Shown here piece by piece: positions 27,425 through 37,466 of a DNA stretch of 64,000 nt; the stretch's first letter is position 1; every line of letters starts with the position of its first letter. The position numbers and the translations under genes were made by a program. The stretch covers positions 3,168,001-3,232,000 of the forward strand of contig OY762897.2 of NCBI GenBank assembly GCA_963666515.2, in the 5' to 3' direction. The notes below the pieces were generated by a model. The model had not been told where the DNA came from. It saw nothing but the letters and a program-made list of their open reading frames with translations, and ran no database searches. The stretch comes from Candidatus Binatia bacterium (GTDB taxonomy: Bacteria > Desulfobacterota > Binatia > UBA9968 > JAJDTQ01).

Positions 27425-28705
27425 ATGCATTTCTCGGTCATCACGCTTTTCCCGGAGATCTTCGAGTCGCCGCTGGCCCACAGCATCCTCAGGCGGGCGC
27501 GGGAGAAGAATATCCTCACCATCGACTTGGTGGACCTGCGGCGGTACACCCACGACCGGCACCGCACCGCCGACGACTACCCCTACGGCGGCGGCCAGGG
27601 CATGGTGCTGAAGCCGGAGCCGCTCATCGAAGCCATCGAGGACTGCCGGCGCCGGCTGAAGGACCCGCGGGTGGTGCTGCTGTCGCCCCGCGGCAGGGTG
27701 TTCGATCAGCGGATCGCCGCCGAGACCTCGCGCCACCGGGAGGTGGTGCTGGTCTGCGGCCGATACGAGGGGGTCGACGAGCGGGTGGTGGGTTACGCCG
27801 ACGACGTCCTGTCCGTGGGGGACTACACGCTGAGCGGCGGCGAGATACCGGCTCTCGCCGTCATCGACACGGTGGCGCGGCTGGTGCCCGGGGTCCTGGG
27901 CAACGAGCGATCGGCCCGCGAGGACTCTTTCGCCGACGGCCTGCTGGAGTATCCGCAGTACACCCGGCCGGCGGAATACCGGGGCATGAAGGTCCCGGAG
28001 GTGCTGCTGTCGGGCGACCACGAGGCGGTCCGCCGCTGGCGCCACGGGATGAGCGTCGAGCTGACCGCGCGGCTGCGGCCGGACCTGCTGGCCGGGGCGC
28101 CGGCCGCGGCCGCCGGCCCTCGGGCGGACGTCTACGTGGCGCTGCTGCACCATCCGGTCTCCGACCGGCGTGGCGACACCGTCACCTCGTCCATCACCAA
28201 CCTCGACATCCACGACATCGCCCGCACCTGCCGCACCTACGGGGTCAAGGGTTTCTACGTGGTCAATCCGGTGAAGACCCTCCAGAAGCTGGCGGCCCGG
28301 ATCATCCACCACTGGGAACGGGGCTACGGCAGCTCCTACAACAGCACGCGCCGGGAAGCCCTTTCGCTGGTGCGGCTGTGCGACACCCTGGACGACGCGG
28401 CCGCGGACGTGCAGCGGGAGTGTGGAACCTCCCCCCGGCTGGTGGCGACCTCCGCCCGCTCCGGCCACGGAACCTACCGGATTACTTTTGGAAACATGCG
28501 GGAGATGCTATTAAGGGACGAAGTTCCCTGCATGATCCTGCTGGGTACGGGCTGGGGTCTGGCGGATGCCGTCTTCGCCCGTTCGGACCTGGTGCTGGAA
28601 CCCATCTCGGGCAGGGACGATTACAATCATCTTTCCGTACGAGCTGCGTCCGCCATCATGCTGGATCGTATCCTGGGACGGTTGATGGAAGGGAGCGTCA
28701 AATGA
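27425..28705 (+). CDS. trmD: tRNA (guanine37-N1)-methyltransferase TrmD fused to a second SPOUT-type RNA methyltransferase domain (DUF2168-like)
   Basis: [46 protein letters not shown]; then [49 protein letters not shown]. Confidence 0.93.
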   Translation: MHFSVITLFPEIFESPLAHSILRRAREKNILTIDLVDLRRYTHDRHRTADDYPYGGGQGMVLKPEPLIEAIEDCRRRLKDPRVVLLSPRGRVFDQRIAAETSRHREVVLVCGRYEGVDERVVGYADDVLSVGDYTLSGGEIPALAVIDTVARLVPGVLGNERSAREDSFADGLLEYPQYTRPAEYRGMKVPEVLLSGDHEAVRRWRHGMSVELTARLRPDLLAGAPAAAAGPRADVYVALLHHPVSDRRGDTVTSSITNLDIHDIARTCRTYGVKGFYVVNPVKTLQKLAARIIHHWERGYGSSYNSTRREALSLVRLCDTLDDAAADVQRECGTSPRLVATSARSGHGTYRITFGNMREMLLRDEVPCMILLGTGWGLADAVFARSDLVLEPISGRDDYNHLSVRAASAIMLDRILGRLMEGSVK

Positions 28706-29058
28706 ACGTCATTGACCGAATCGAGCAGGAGCAGACGCGGGAAACGCCACGGCTCAAGCCCGGACAGCGGGTCCGTGTCCATGTACGCATCGTGGAAGGC
28801 GAGAAGGAGCGCATCCAGGTCTTCGAGGGCGTGGTCATCGGCATCTCCGGGAGCGGCAGCCGCGAGACCTTCATGGTCCGCAAGACCTCCTACGGCGTGG
28901 GCGTGGAACGCATCTTTCCGCTCCACTCGCCGCGCATCGAGAAGGTCGAGGTGGTCACCCAGGGGCGGGTACGCAGAGCCAAGCTGTACTACCTGAGAAA
29001 CCTCTCGGGCAAACGCGCCCGGCTGGAGGAAGACCGCAGGCCGCGCGCGTCGCGCTGA
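28702..29058 (+). CDS. rplS: 50S ribosomal protein L19
   Basis: [40 protein letters not shown]; ATG 28702 overlaps the trmD stop. Confidence 0.99.
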   Translation: MNVIDRIEQEQTRETPRLKPGQRVRVHVRIVEGEKERIQVFEGVVIGISGSGSRETFMVRKTSYGVGVERIFPLHSPRIEKVEVVTQGRVRRAKLYYLRNLSGKRARLEEDRRPRASR

Positions 29059-29111
29059 CCATCGCCGGATCGGAATACCGGCGGGCCTGAAACTCGCCGC
29101 CGCAAGCCGAA

Positions 29112-30446
29112 GTGGAACTGTTCGACTCCACCACCTCTCCGACGGGCGGAAAGAACACGCCTCTGGCGGAGCGGATGCGGCCCTCCCGCCTGGACGAGGT
29201 GCTGGGGCAGGAGCACCTGCTCGGCCCCGGCAAGCTGCTGCGCGGCATGGCCGACGGCGGCCGGCTCCAGTCCATCATCCTCTGGGGTCCGCCCGGCTGC
29301 GGCAAGACCACCCTCGCCCGGCTCCTGGCCGACGCCTGCAACGCCCACTGCATCCAGTTCTCCGCGGTAACCTCCGGCACCCGCGAGTTGAAGAACATCC
29401 TCCCGGACGCCCGCCGCCTGCAACGCAGCGCGGTCCCGGTGGTGCTCCTGGTGGACGAGATCCACCACTTCAACAAGTCGCAGCAGGACACCTTTCTGCC
29501 CCACGTCGAGGCCGGGCTGCTGACCCTCATCGGCGCCACCACCGAGAACCCCTCCTTCGAGCTGATCTCTCCGCTGCTCTCCCGTTGCCGCGTCTGCGTG
29601 ATGCATCCCCTGACCGAAGAGACCCTCGATCGGGTGGTGGACCGGGCCGTGGCCGAGCGCGGACGGGGGCTCTGGGACGCCGGCCTCGGCATCGCGCCGG
29701 AGGCGCGGGAGCTGCTGGTGCAGCGCGCGCAAGGGGACGCCCGGGTGGCCCTCAACGGCCTGGAGGGCGCGGTCACGCTGGCGCGCGCCGGCTCTGGGGC
29801 CGGCCGTATCGAGCAGGCCCACGTCGAGCAGGCCCTGCAGCTCTCGCCGCTCCACTACGACAAGTCCGGCGAGGAGCACTACAACCTGGTCTCGGCTTTC
29901 ATCAAGAGCCTGCGAGGCAGCGACCCGGACGCCGCGGTGTACTGGATGGTGCGCATGATCGAGGCCGGGGAGGACCCGCTGTTCATTGCCCGGCGCATGG
30001 TCATCTTCGCGGCCGAGGACGTCGGCAACGCCGACCCGCAGGCGCTGCAGGTGGCGGTGGCCGCCAAGGACGCGTTCCACTTCGTCGGCCTGCCGGAAGG
30101 GCGGATCCCCATGAGCCAGGCCGCCGTCTACCTGGCCACCGCGCCCAAGTCCAATTCGTCCTACCGCGCCCTGCTGGAGGCCACCCGGGACGTGCGCGAG
30201 CACGGCGCCCTGCCCACCCCGCTCCACCTCAGGAACGCCCCCACCGGCCTCATGAAGTCCCTGGGCTACGGCGCCGACTACCGCTACCCCCACGACTCCC
30301 CCGGCCACGTCACCGACCAGGAGCACCTGCCGGCTGATCTGAAGGGCCGCCGCTACTACGAGCCCAGCGACCAGGGGCACGAGCGGACCGTCCGGGAGCG
30401 GCTGAAGGCCTGGGACGCGCTGAAGAAACGCAGCGAGCCGGGCTGA
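29112..30446 (+). CDS. rarA: Replication-associated recombination protein A
   Basis: PLAERMRP, WGPPGCGKTT, DEIHHFNK.QQD, GATTENPSF, SAFIKSLRGSDPDAA, EDVGNADP, HLRNAPT. Confidence 0.96.
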   Translation: MELFDSTTSPTGGKNTPLAERMRPSRLDEVLGQEHLLGPGKLLRGMADGGRLQSIILWGPPGCGKTTLARLLADACNAHCIQFSAVTSGTRELKNILPDARRLQRSAVPVVLLVDEIHHFNKSQQDTFLPHVEAGLLTLIGATTENPSFELISPLLSRCRVCVMHPLTEETLDRVVDRAVAERGRGLWDAGLGIAPEARELLVQRAQGDARVALNGLEGAVTLARAGSGAGRIEQAHVEQALQLSPLHYDKSGEEHYNLVSAFIKSLRGSDPDAAVYWMVRMIEAGEDPLFIARRMVIFAAEDVGNADPQALQVAVAAKDAFHFVGLPEGRIPMSQAAVYLATAPKSNSSYRALLEATRDVREHGALPTPLHLRNAPTGLMKSLGYGADYRYPHDSPGHVTDQEHLPADLKGRRYYEPSDQGHERTVRERLKAWDALKKRSEPG

Positions 30447-30454
30447 GCCGGCCA

Positions 30455-30524
30455 GGGCGACCGCGGGTCGCCCCTACATGGGGTTCATCGCTGGCGCATG
30501 TGTAGGGGCGACCCGCGGTCGCCC
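30455..30524. repeat. Inverted pair of GTAG-family REP elements (REPIN/BIME-like) between convergent rarA and secretin genes
   Basis: GGGCGACCGCGGGTCGCCCCTACA (30455-30478) and its exact reverse complement (30501-30524), 22 nt spacer. Confidence 0.85.
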
Positions 30525-30556
30525 CCTGAAATTAGATTACCCGGACGGGTTCCTAG

Positions 30557-32323
30557 CTAGGGCGGCGGGCGGGCGGTCTCCAACTCGCGCTTGGCGGCCC
30601 GCACCTTGTCGAGGAACCGCTCGGTCACGCGCCCGCCGTCCCGCGGGTCGCGGATGACGCGGGGGGTGATCAGGATGACCAGCTCGGTCCGGTCGGACCG
30701 TTCGAGATCGGTGCGAAAGAGCGGACCCAGCACGGGCACGTCCATGAGCAGGGGGATGCCGACCCGCGTCCGGCGCAGGTTGTCGGTGATGATGCCGCCG
30801 ATGACCAGGGTCTGGCCGTCCTGAAGGACCGCGGTGGTCTCCGCGTCCCGGACGTTGAAGGCGGCGAAGGACTGGGCCCCGACCAGCACCCTTTCCCCCA
30901 CGTCGCTGACCTCCACCCGCGCCTGCAGGTTCACGAGGCCCTCGGAGTTGACCCGGGGGACGATGGTCAGGATGCGGCCGACGTTCTTGAACTGGATGGT
31001 CGTGGTGGCGGCCCGGGCCTCTTGCGACACCACCACGCCGGTGGCCACCGGCTGCTCGCTGCCCACGCGAATCCGCGCCGGGCGGTTGTCCACGGCCAGG
31101 AGATGGGGGGAGGACAGCACCTTGACCCGGGCGTCCTGCATCAGCGCCTTGACGAACGCGCGAAAATCGCGGCCGGCGTCGATGATGGAGGAGAAGCCCG
31201 AGCCAAGGGTCTGGAGCGCCGTATCCGCGGCGGAGTCGGAGTCGGCCGCGGGGGCGCCGAATCCGCCCCTGGACAACGCGTACTCCAAGCCGAACTCGAA
31301 ATCGTCGGTGAGCGTGACCTCGGCCACCAGCACTTCCATGAGCACCTGGCGCGGCACCAAGTCCAGGCTGTCGAGCGCCTCGGCGATGGCGGCGTGTTCC
31401 CTCGCGGTCGCCAGGATCACCAGCGAGTTGGTGTCCGGCTCCGCCACCACGCGAACGCCGTGACCGGCCTTCTCCGACCCGGCCGCCGCGGTCGGACCTC
31501 CCGCTTTCGCAAAAACCTCGGTGCCCTTGGCGGAAAACTCGCCGGGACCTGCGCCTCCGCCGAGCGGAAGTCCCGCGGCGGCGGGTCCACCCGCGCGCGG
31601 CTCTGCGTCCGCGCCGGCCGGGGAGGATCTGCCGGACCCGTACACCTGGTTCAGCACCCGGGCCAGCTCGGCGGCGTTGCGGTTCTCTATGGGCCGGATG
31701 AAGATCCGCCGTCCGGGCGCCTGGTCCGCGACGTCGATCAGGGCCATTATCTCCGACAAGCGTCGGATACTCGACGGCAAATCGACGACTACCAGATAGT
31801 TGCCGCCTGCATGATCGAGCATCGTCGCGCCCTCGCTCATGAACGGGGCCAGCAGCCGTTTCATGGCGGCCACCGGGAAATGGCGGACGGGCAGGATCTG
31901 CATGACGAAGCCGCCGTCGTCGATCCGGCCCGGACCCACCAGCCCGGGCGCCCTGGAGACGGCCGTGATGCGGTAGAAGTCTCCCTGCCGGACGGCCGCG
32001 GCGCCATGGATCCTGAGTATCTCGTGGAAGATGGGAAGGAGGTCGTCGCGCCTTACCGGCTGTCCGCTGAGCAGGGTGACCAGACCGCCGACGTCGGGGT
32101 CTATGGTGTAGTTGAGCCGCAGGTGCCGCGCCAGCACGTGGATGACCTCCACCAGGTCGACGCCGTCGAAGTTCAAGGTCACGAGGTCGGGACGGGTCGG
32201 GTCGGGCGCGACGCCGGGCGCCGCTTGCGCGGCCCGAGGAGGTTCCGTTTCCTGAGCCTGCGCCGGACCTTCGACCAGACAGGCCCCCAACAACAACCAT
32301 GCGAGAAGCTGCAACACGACCAT
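30557..32323 (-). CDS. Outer-membrane secretin, type II secretion protein D-like
   Basis: Signal peptide; N0 domain (VTLNFDGVDL), TNSLVI..LD....QVLMEVLVAEV, VLSSPHLL, TLVIGGII, GIPLLMDVPVLGPLFR, RTELVILITPRVI. ATG 32323 chosen. Confidence 0.85.
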   Translation of the reverse strand: MVVLQLLAWLLLGACLVEGPAQAQETEPPRAAQAAPGVAPDPTRPDLVTLNFDGVDLVEVIHVLARHLRLNYTIDPDVGGLVTLLSGQPVRRDDLLPIFHEILRIHGAAAVRQGDFYRITAVSRAPGLVGPGRIDDGGFVMQILPVRHFPVAAMKRLLAPFMSEGATMLDHAGGNYLVVVDLPSSIRRLSEIMALIDVADQAPGRRIFIRPIENRNAAELARVLNQVYGSGRSSPAGADAEPRAGGPAAAGLPLGGGAGPGEFSAKGTEVFAKAGGPTAAAGSEKAGHGVRVVAEPDTNSLVILATAREHAAIAEALDSLDLVPRQVLMEVLVAEVTLTDDFEFGLEYALSRGGFGAPAADSDSAADTALQTLGSGFSSIIDAGRDFRAFVKALMQDARVKVLSSPHLLAVDNRPARIRVGSEQPVATGVVVSQEARAATTTIQFKNVGRILTIVPRVNSEGLVNLQARVEVSDVGERVLVGAQSFAAFNVRDAETTAVLQDGQTLVIGGIITDNLRRTRVGIPLLMDVPVLGPLFRTDLERSDRTELVILITPRVIRDPRDGGRVTERFLDKVRAAKRELETARPPP

Positions 32324-32435
32324 GGTATGTTTGCCATGCAAAATCCGGGCCGCGCTGCCCGGCATGATGCCGGCTTCCGGTAGAGGCAGGTTGCCGACCG
32401 CCCGCCACCACTCCCGGAGAGGGGGGCGGAGGCTG

Positions 32436-34655
32436 CTACGAGCCCAGGCCCAGGAGCTTGAACTTGACGGCGAGGAGGGTCCGGTCGGGGTTGGCCCGGC
32501 TGTCCACGGACAGGGCAAGGGTCCAGCACTTGCACCGGGAGAGGTACTTGACGCCTGCCTGGTTGCGCGTCAAGCGGCCCGAGGCGGCGTCGTAGCTGCC
32601 GTCGTAGAGGAGCAGAAGCCGATCGGTGACGCGGAACAGGGCGTCGGCCTGAACGACGTCGAGGGCTTCGCCTTGCAGGCACCGCGGGTCTCCGGGACAG
32701 TCCGCGAGGAGAAGGAGGTTGGCATGGCGGGCGAGAGGAGAAAGCGGGTTCGCCCGGACGTGGCGGTAGCTCACTGAAACGCCGTTGGGACGGCGGAAGT
32801 CGCCGTCGCCGACGTTCGTGTCCGGCGGAGCGTCATCCACCAACGAGAACCCCAGCGCGGCCTGACGGAGGTTCCAGGGTCCGGGGTCGATGCCGAGGCT
32901 GACGGCGACGTCGAGGTTGTCCGCGGGGTTGACGCCCACGCCGACGGACAGGTCGGACAGGCCGTCCTCGCCGCCGCGCGTCCGGTCGATGTCGAAGCTG
33001 GCCGCAACCCGGGCGCGGGCGAAGTCGTCCGCCGAGCCGGCTTGACCGTCGCGGCCGGGGGCGCCACGGCTGGGAGGGTCCGGCGGGGCGACGGGACGGC
33101 GCATTCCCCAGAAGCGGTTGGTCAGCGACAACGTGACCAGGTTGCGGCGTCGGATGCGGTCGACGCTGTCCCATATGGGGGCGTCGCTCTGGTCGGTGGC
33201 GGGTATGAACAGGTACTCGACCGCGGGCTCCAGCACGTGCCGGACCCGGCGCCACGCCCCGTTCTTCCGTTGGTAGGTGCGGCTCAAGGACGTGGCCAGC
33301 CTCGATCGTATCTCCACCAGCTCACGGGAGCTGGTGCGGGCGAACTTCCCGGTGAAGTCGTTGGCCGTGGGATCGAACCTGCCGCCGACGGAATCGAGGC
33401 GGTACAGGGTCTCGCGCAGGGCGACGCTGGTGGCGAGCCTGAAGTGACGGCCGACGGTCACCGGCCAGGTCAGCTCGGGCCGGAGGTCGATCCGCAGGCC
33501 GTCCGCCCACTCCTGCCGGACGTAGCGCGTCAGCGTCGCGTCCCAGCCCAGGTCGAGGCTTCGGCCGAGGCGGCGCGCGCCGCTGAAGGCGACGTGCGGG
33601 ACGCGGTGGAGCGCGCGCGGTTGAGGCTGGACCAGGTCCTGCACATAGTCCAGCTCCCCTTTCAAGGTCATCCCCGCGGCGTGCCGGTAGAAGCCGAGCC
33701 GCGACGCGCTGTAGCGGCTCGTGCGCGCGAGCCGCTTGTCGGCGGCGCTCAGATCGGAGAACTCCATCAGTTCCCGTGTCACGAAGCTGTCGCTGTAGAG
33801 AGCCACGTCGCTGAACGTCGTCCACGGGGCGCGATGCCGGTGGGTCAGCAGGATGCTCCAGCGGTCCACGGGGATCGCCGGGTCCGCGATGCCCGTGTCC
33901 TCCGCGGCCCTGTCGTCGCGCAGCCGCTCGTTGAAGTACGACACGTCCAGCCGCCCGGCGGCGCCGGCGTTGAGGACGGTGCGGACCTGTCCGGTGAAGC
34001 CGACGCGCGTCCTGGACTCGACGGCGAGGTTGAGGGTCAGGTCGTTGCTCTCGTCGAGGGCCCAGAAGAAGGGCTGCCCGTAGCGCAGTCCGGCCCGGTC
34101 GGACCAACCCAGCGAGGGGAAGAGCAGACCGGTGGCGCGGTCCGTGGCGTAGGGGAAGGTGGCGCGGGGCAGATACAGCACCGGAACGTCGTAGACGTAG
34201 AAGGTGACGTCGTCCATCGCGGCGTTGCCGTCCTCGTCCAGCCGGAACTCCCGGGCGCCGATGCGCCAGGGAGCCGCGCCGTCCTCGCACAGGCACGTGG
34301 TGAAGCGACCGTCCAGCACCGTGCCGGTCTCGTTCGCCAGGTCCACTTCGAGCCGGGAGGCCCGCAGCCGGTAGCGCGGATCCCGGAGACGGACCGCACC
34401 CTCGGCGCGCAGCGTCCGCCTCGACCGGTCGATCTCCACGGAGTCCGCCCCGAAGACCGATTCCCGGTGCCGGACCTCCACGTTGCCCCTGGCCCGGACG
34501 GCCTCTCCCTCCCGGCGCACCTCGATGGATTCTTCGGCCGACACCTCGATCCGCTCCCGGCCGTCCTCCGGCTGGGCGCGGACCCCGGCGACGGAGGACA
34601 GCCCGCAGCAGCAGGCCAGGAGCCACGTCACGACGTGTGAACGCCGGAGACGCAT
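32436..34655 (-). CDS. lptD: LPS-assembly protein LptD (OstA)
   Basis: Signal peptide; ARGNVEV beta-jellyroll, FTTCLC..PW, VPVLYLP, RATGLLFP, PFFWAL, HVLEP, YLSRCKCW, C-terminal LLGLG. ATG 34655. Confidence 0.85.
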   Translation of the reverse strand: MRLRRSHVVTWLLACCCGLSSVAGVRAQPEDGRERIEVSAEESIEVRREGEAVRARGNVEVRHRESVFGADSVEIDRSRRTLRAEGAVRLRDPRYRLRASRLEVDLANETGTVLDGRFTTCLCEDGAAPWRIGAREFRLDEDGNAAMDDVTFYVYDVPVLYLPRATFPYATDRATGLLFPSLGWSDRAGLRYGQPFFWALDESNDLTLNLAVESRTRVGFTGQVRTVLNAGAAGRLDVSYFNERLRDDRAAEDTGIADPAIPVDRWSILLTHRHRAPWTTFSDVALYSDSFVTRELMEFSDLSAADKRLARTSRYSASRLGFYRHAAGMTLKGELDYVQDLVQPQPRALHRVPHVAFSGARRLGRSLDLGWDATLTRYVRQEWADGLRIDLRPELTWPVTVGRHFRLATSVALRETLYRLDSVGGRFDPTANDFTGKFARTSSRELVEIRSRLATSLSRTYQRKNGAWRRVRHVLEPAVEYLFIPATDQSDAPIWDSVDRIRRRNLVTLSLTNRFWGMRRPVAPPDPPSRGAPGRDGQAGSADDFARARVAASFDIDRTRGGEDGLSDLSVGVGVNPADNLDVAVSLGIDPGPWNLRQAALGFSLVDDAPPDTNVGDGDFRRPNGVSVSYRHVRANPLSPLARHANLLLLADCPGDPRCLQGEALDVVQADALFRVTDRLLLLYDGSYDAASGRLTRNQAGVKYLSRCKCWTLALSVDSRANPDRTLLAVKFKLLGLGS

Positions 34656-35950
34656 GGCGGGAATGCGCGGCCGGGCTCCCGGGCCGACAGCTTGCGGGCG
34701 CTGGCGCGGACCGCGCCCACGAGATAGAGGGAGCCCGCCACCAGGATCGGCTCGTGGCTTCGCCGCCGGTCCGCGGCGAGGGCGGAGAGGGCGGCGACGG
34801 GATCGTTGACGACCCTCGCCGGCAGCGTCCGCGGCAAGGCCGCGGACAGGGAGCGCGGATCCGCGCCCCGCTCGGTCGGCGTCCGGGTCAGGACCACCTC
34901 GCTGCACACGCGCGAGAGGGCTCTGAGCATCGACGGCCAGTCCTTGTCGGACATGCTGCCGAACAGCAGACGGACCTTGACGCCGTCGAGGAGCCCCCGG
35001 ACCTCGTTGACCAGCGTCTCCACCGCGCCGCGGTTGTGCGCTCCGTCCAGTATGATGGCGGGAGATCCCGGCAGGACCTCGAACCGGCCCGGCCACGACA
35101 CCGACTCGAGGCCGGCCCGGAGCGACGCCTTGCGGACGGGCAGCTCGGCCTGCAGCAGCTCCAGCGACGCCAGCGCGACCGCGGCGTTGTGCCGTTGAAA
35201 CTCCCCGGCGAGGCGGCCTTTCAGGTCATCGACCCGCCATTCCCGCCCGCGGTAGGCGAACCGCCGGCCGCGCCGGGTGACCGCGAAATCCCGGCCCCAC
35301 TGGTAGACCCGGGCCTTTCGGGAGCGCGCGATCCGGTGTATGACGCGACGGGCGGCGGGCCGCAGGTCTCCGCAGACCACGGGGACGCCGGGCTTGATGA
35401 TGCCGCCTTTCTCGCGCGCGATGGACTCGAGCCGGGTTCCGAGGAAACGCTCGTGGTCCCGGGAGATCGTGGTGATGACGCTGACGCTCGGATGCACCAC
35501 GTTGGTGGCGTCGAGCCTTCCGCCGAGGCCCACCTCGACCACGGCGACCTCCACCGATTGGCGGGCGAAGTGCAGGAAGGCCATGACCGTGGCGAACTCG
35601 AAGAACGTCAGGCTCAGGGAAGCCCGGTTCGTCCGGTCGGCCACCTCCCGGACCAGGGCCATGACCGCGGCCCGTGAGACGGACCGCTTGCCGACGCGGA
35701 TTCTCTCGGTGAAATCGGTCAGGTGCGGCGAGGTGTAGAGTCCGGCCCGATAGCCCTCCGCGTGCAGCACCGAGTGGATCATGGCGGCCGTGGAGCCCTT
35801 GCCGTTGGTGCCGGCGACGTGGACCACCCGGAACGAGTCCTGCGGGTCGCCGAACAGCGCCAGCGCCTGCGCCACGCGCTCGAGCCGCAGGTCGATCTCG
35901 GCGCCGCGCAGGTTGTAGAGGAAATCGAGGCTGTTCCGGTAGTCGTTCAC
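34628..35950 (-). CDS. folC: Dihydrofolate/folylpolyglutamate synthase
   Basis: GTG start 35950 overlapping the trpF stop; VHVAGTNGKGS, YTSPHL, EVGLGGRLDATN, WPGRFE, LDGAHN, GSLYLVG. Confidence 0.95.
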   Translation of the reverse strand: MNDYRNSLDFLYNLRGAEIDLRLERVAQALALFGDPQDSFRVVHVAGTNGKGSTAAMIHSVLHAEGYRAGLYTSPHLTDFTERIRVGKRSVSRAAVMALVREVADRTNRASLSLTFFEFATVMAFLHFARQSVEVAVVEVGLGGRLDATNVVHPSVSVITTISRDHERFLGTRLESIAREKGGIIKPGVPVVCGDLRPAARRVIHRIARSRKARVYQWGRDFAVTRRGRRFAYRGREWRVDDLKGRLAGEFQRHNAAVALASLELLQAELPVRKASLRAGLESVSWPGRFEVLPGSPAIILDGAHNRGAVETLVNEVRGLLDGVKVRLLFGSMSDKDWPSMLRALSRVCSEVVLTRTPTERGADPRSLSAALPRTLPARVVNDPVAALSALAADRRRSHEPILVAGSLYLVGAVRASARKLSAREPGRAFPPCVSGVHTS

Positions 35951-36570
35951 GGCGCCTTGGCCGCGGCGATGAAGTCCTTCATGCGCTGGTGGTCCTTGCG
36001 GCCCGGCACGGCCTCGACGCCGGAGCACACATCCACGCCGAAGGGTTTCACCACGCGCACCGCCTCGCCGACGTTGTCGACGTCGAGACCGCCGGCCAGG
36101 ACCACGGGACGCGCCATCGGCTCCCGCAGCCACGTCCAGGTGAAGGCCGACCCCGAGCCGCCGAACCCCGGGCTCCAGGAGTCCAGGAGATAGTAGTCCG
36201 CGGGGTACTCCCCGATTCCCTGGAGGGTCTCCTCGTCCCGGACGCGGAACGCCTTGATCACCTTGAGCGGCCAGCGGGCGCAATAGTCCGGCTCCTCGTC
36301 GCCGTGGAACTGCACCGCGGTGAGCCCGGAGCCTCCCTGCGACCGGCACGCCCGGAGCACGGAGTTCACGTGGCGCCGCGACTCGTTGACGAACAGGCCG
36401 GCGGCGCAGACCCCGGCGGGCAACTCGCGCAGGATGCTGGCCGCCTCTTCGGGCGGGATGTACCTCGGGCTCGGCGGATAGAAGTTGAACCCCAGCGCGT
36501 CGGCGCCGTACTCCACCGCCCTGAACGCGTCGCCGGCGTTGGTGACGCCGCAGATCTTAACCTTGACCAT
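35947..36570 (-). CDS. trpF: Phosphoribosylanthranilate isomerase
   Basis: VKVKICGVT, GADALGF, SPRY, VQFHGDE, GGSG, LAGGL, GVDVCSGVE. Confidence 0.96.
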   Translation of the reverse strand: MVKVKICGVTNAGDAFRAVEYGADALGFNFYPPSPRYIPPEEAASILRELPAGVCAAGLFVNESRRHVNSVLRACRSQGGSGLTAVQFHGDEEPDYCARWPLKVIKAFRVRDEETLQGIGEYPADYYLLDSWSPGFGGSGSAFTWTWLREPMARPVVLAGGLDVDNVGEAVRVVKPFGVDVCSGVEAVPGRKDHQRMKDFIAAAKAP

Positions 36571-37393
36571 TGCGTTCGGCCGCGGCGTCCGCCCCCAGCA
36601 ACTCGGCAAGTCTGGCGCCGGGGTCTCCGGCGCGCATCAGCGCCTCGCCCACCAGAAAGACCCGTCCGCCCGAGGCCTCGAGCCGCTCGACGTGCTCCAC
36701 CTCCTTGATGCCGCTCTCGCACACGGCCAGCACGTGGGCGGGGATCCGCGGCAGCAGGGCTTCGGCCACTCCCAGGTCCACCTCGAAGGTGTGCAGGTTC
36801 CGGTTGTTGATGCCGATCATGGACGCGCCGATGTCCAGGGCCGTCTCCAGCTCGCCTTCCGAGTGCACCTCCACCAGCACGTCCAGGGAGAGGGACCGGG
36901 CCTCGGCGTGGAGCGACTCCAGGTCGGCCTCGTCCAGGATCGCGGCGATCAGGAGCACGGCGTCGGCGCCGAAACTGCGCGCCTCCACCAGGTGATAGGG
37001 GTCCAGCACGAAGTCCTTTCGGAGCAGCGGCAGCGACACCGTCGCGGCGATGTCGGAGAGATAGCGGAGGGAACCGTTGAAGAAGCGCTCCTCGGTGACC
37101 ACCGAAAGGGCGGCGGCGCCGTTGGCCTGATAACGCGACGCGATGGCGACGGGGTCGAAGTCCTGACGGATCACGCCCTGGGAGGGCGACGCGCGTTTCA
37201 CCTCGGCGATGACGCGGCGTCCGGGCCGCGACAGCGACCGCGCGAACCCCCGGCGCTGGCGATGATAGAGCGGGCGGTCCTTCAGCGACTCCGCCGGGCG
37301 CCCCTTCCGGCGGGAATCGGTGTGGGCGCGCACGTGCGCCACGATCCGTTCCAGGAAGTCGTTCCCTGCCGGCCGTGTGCCTTCACGTCCCAT
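36557..37393 (-). CDS. trpC: Indole-3-glycerol phosphate synthase
   Basis: IAEVKRASPSQG, LSVVTE, LRKDF, GADAVLLI, GINNRNL, ESGI, LVGEALM. Confidence 0.96.
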   Translation of the reverse strand: MGREGTRPAGNDFLERIVAHVRAHTDSRRKGRPAESLKDRPLYHRQRRGFARSLSRPGRRVIAEVKRASPSQGVIRQDFDPVAIASRYQANGAAALSVVTEERFFNGSLRYLSDIAATVSLPLLRKDFVLDPYHLVEARSFGADAVLLIAAILDEADLESLHAEARSLSLDVLVEVHSEGELETALDIGASMIGINNRNLHTFEVDLGVAEALLPRIPAHVLAVCESGIKEVEHVERLEASGGRVFLVGEALMRAGDPGARLAELLGADAAAERNGQG

Positions 37394-37466
37394 CGCCGTG
37401 CCGCATCCGGTTTTTCAGCCTGCCGCCGCGCGCCGCGTCGAAGGTCCCGGTCCGCGCGCCCTGCGT

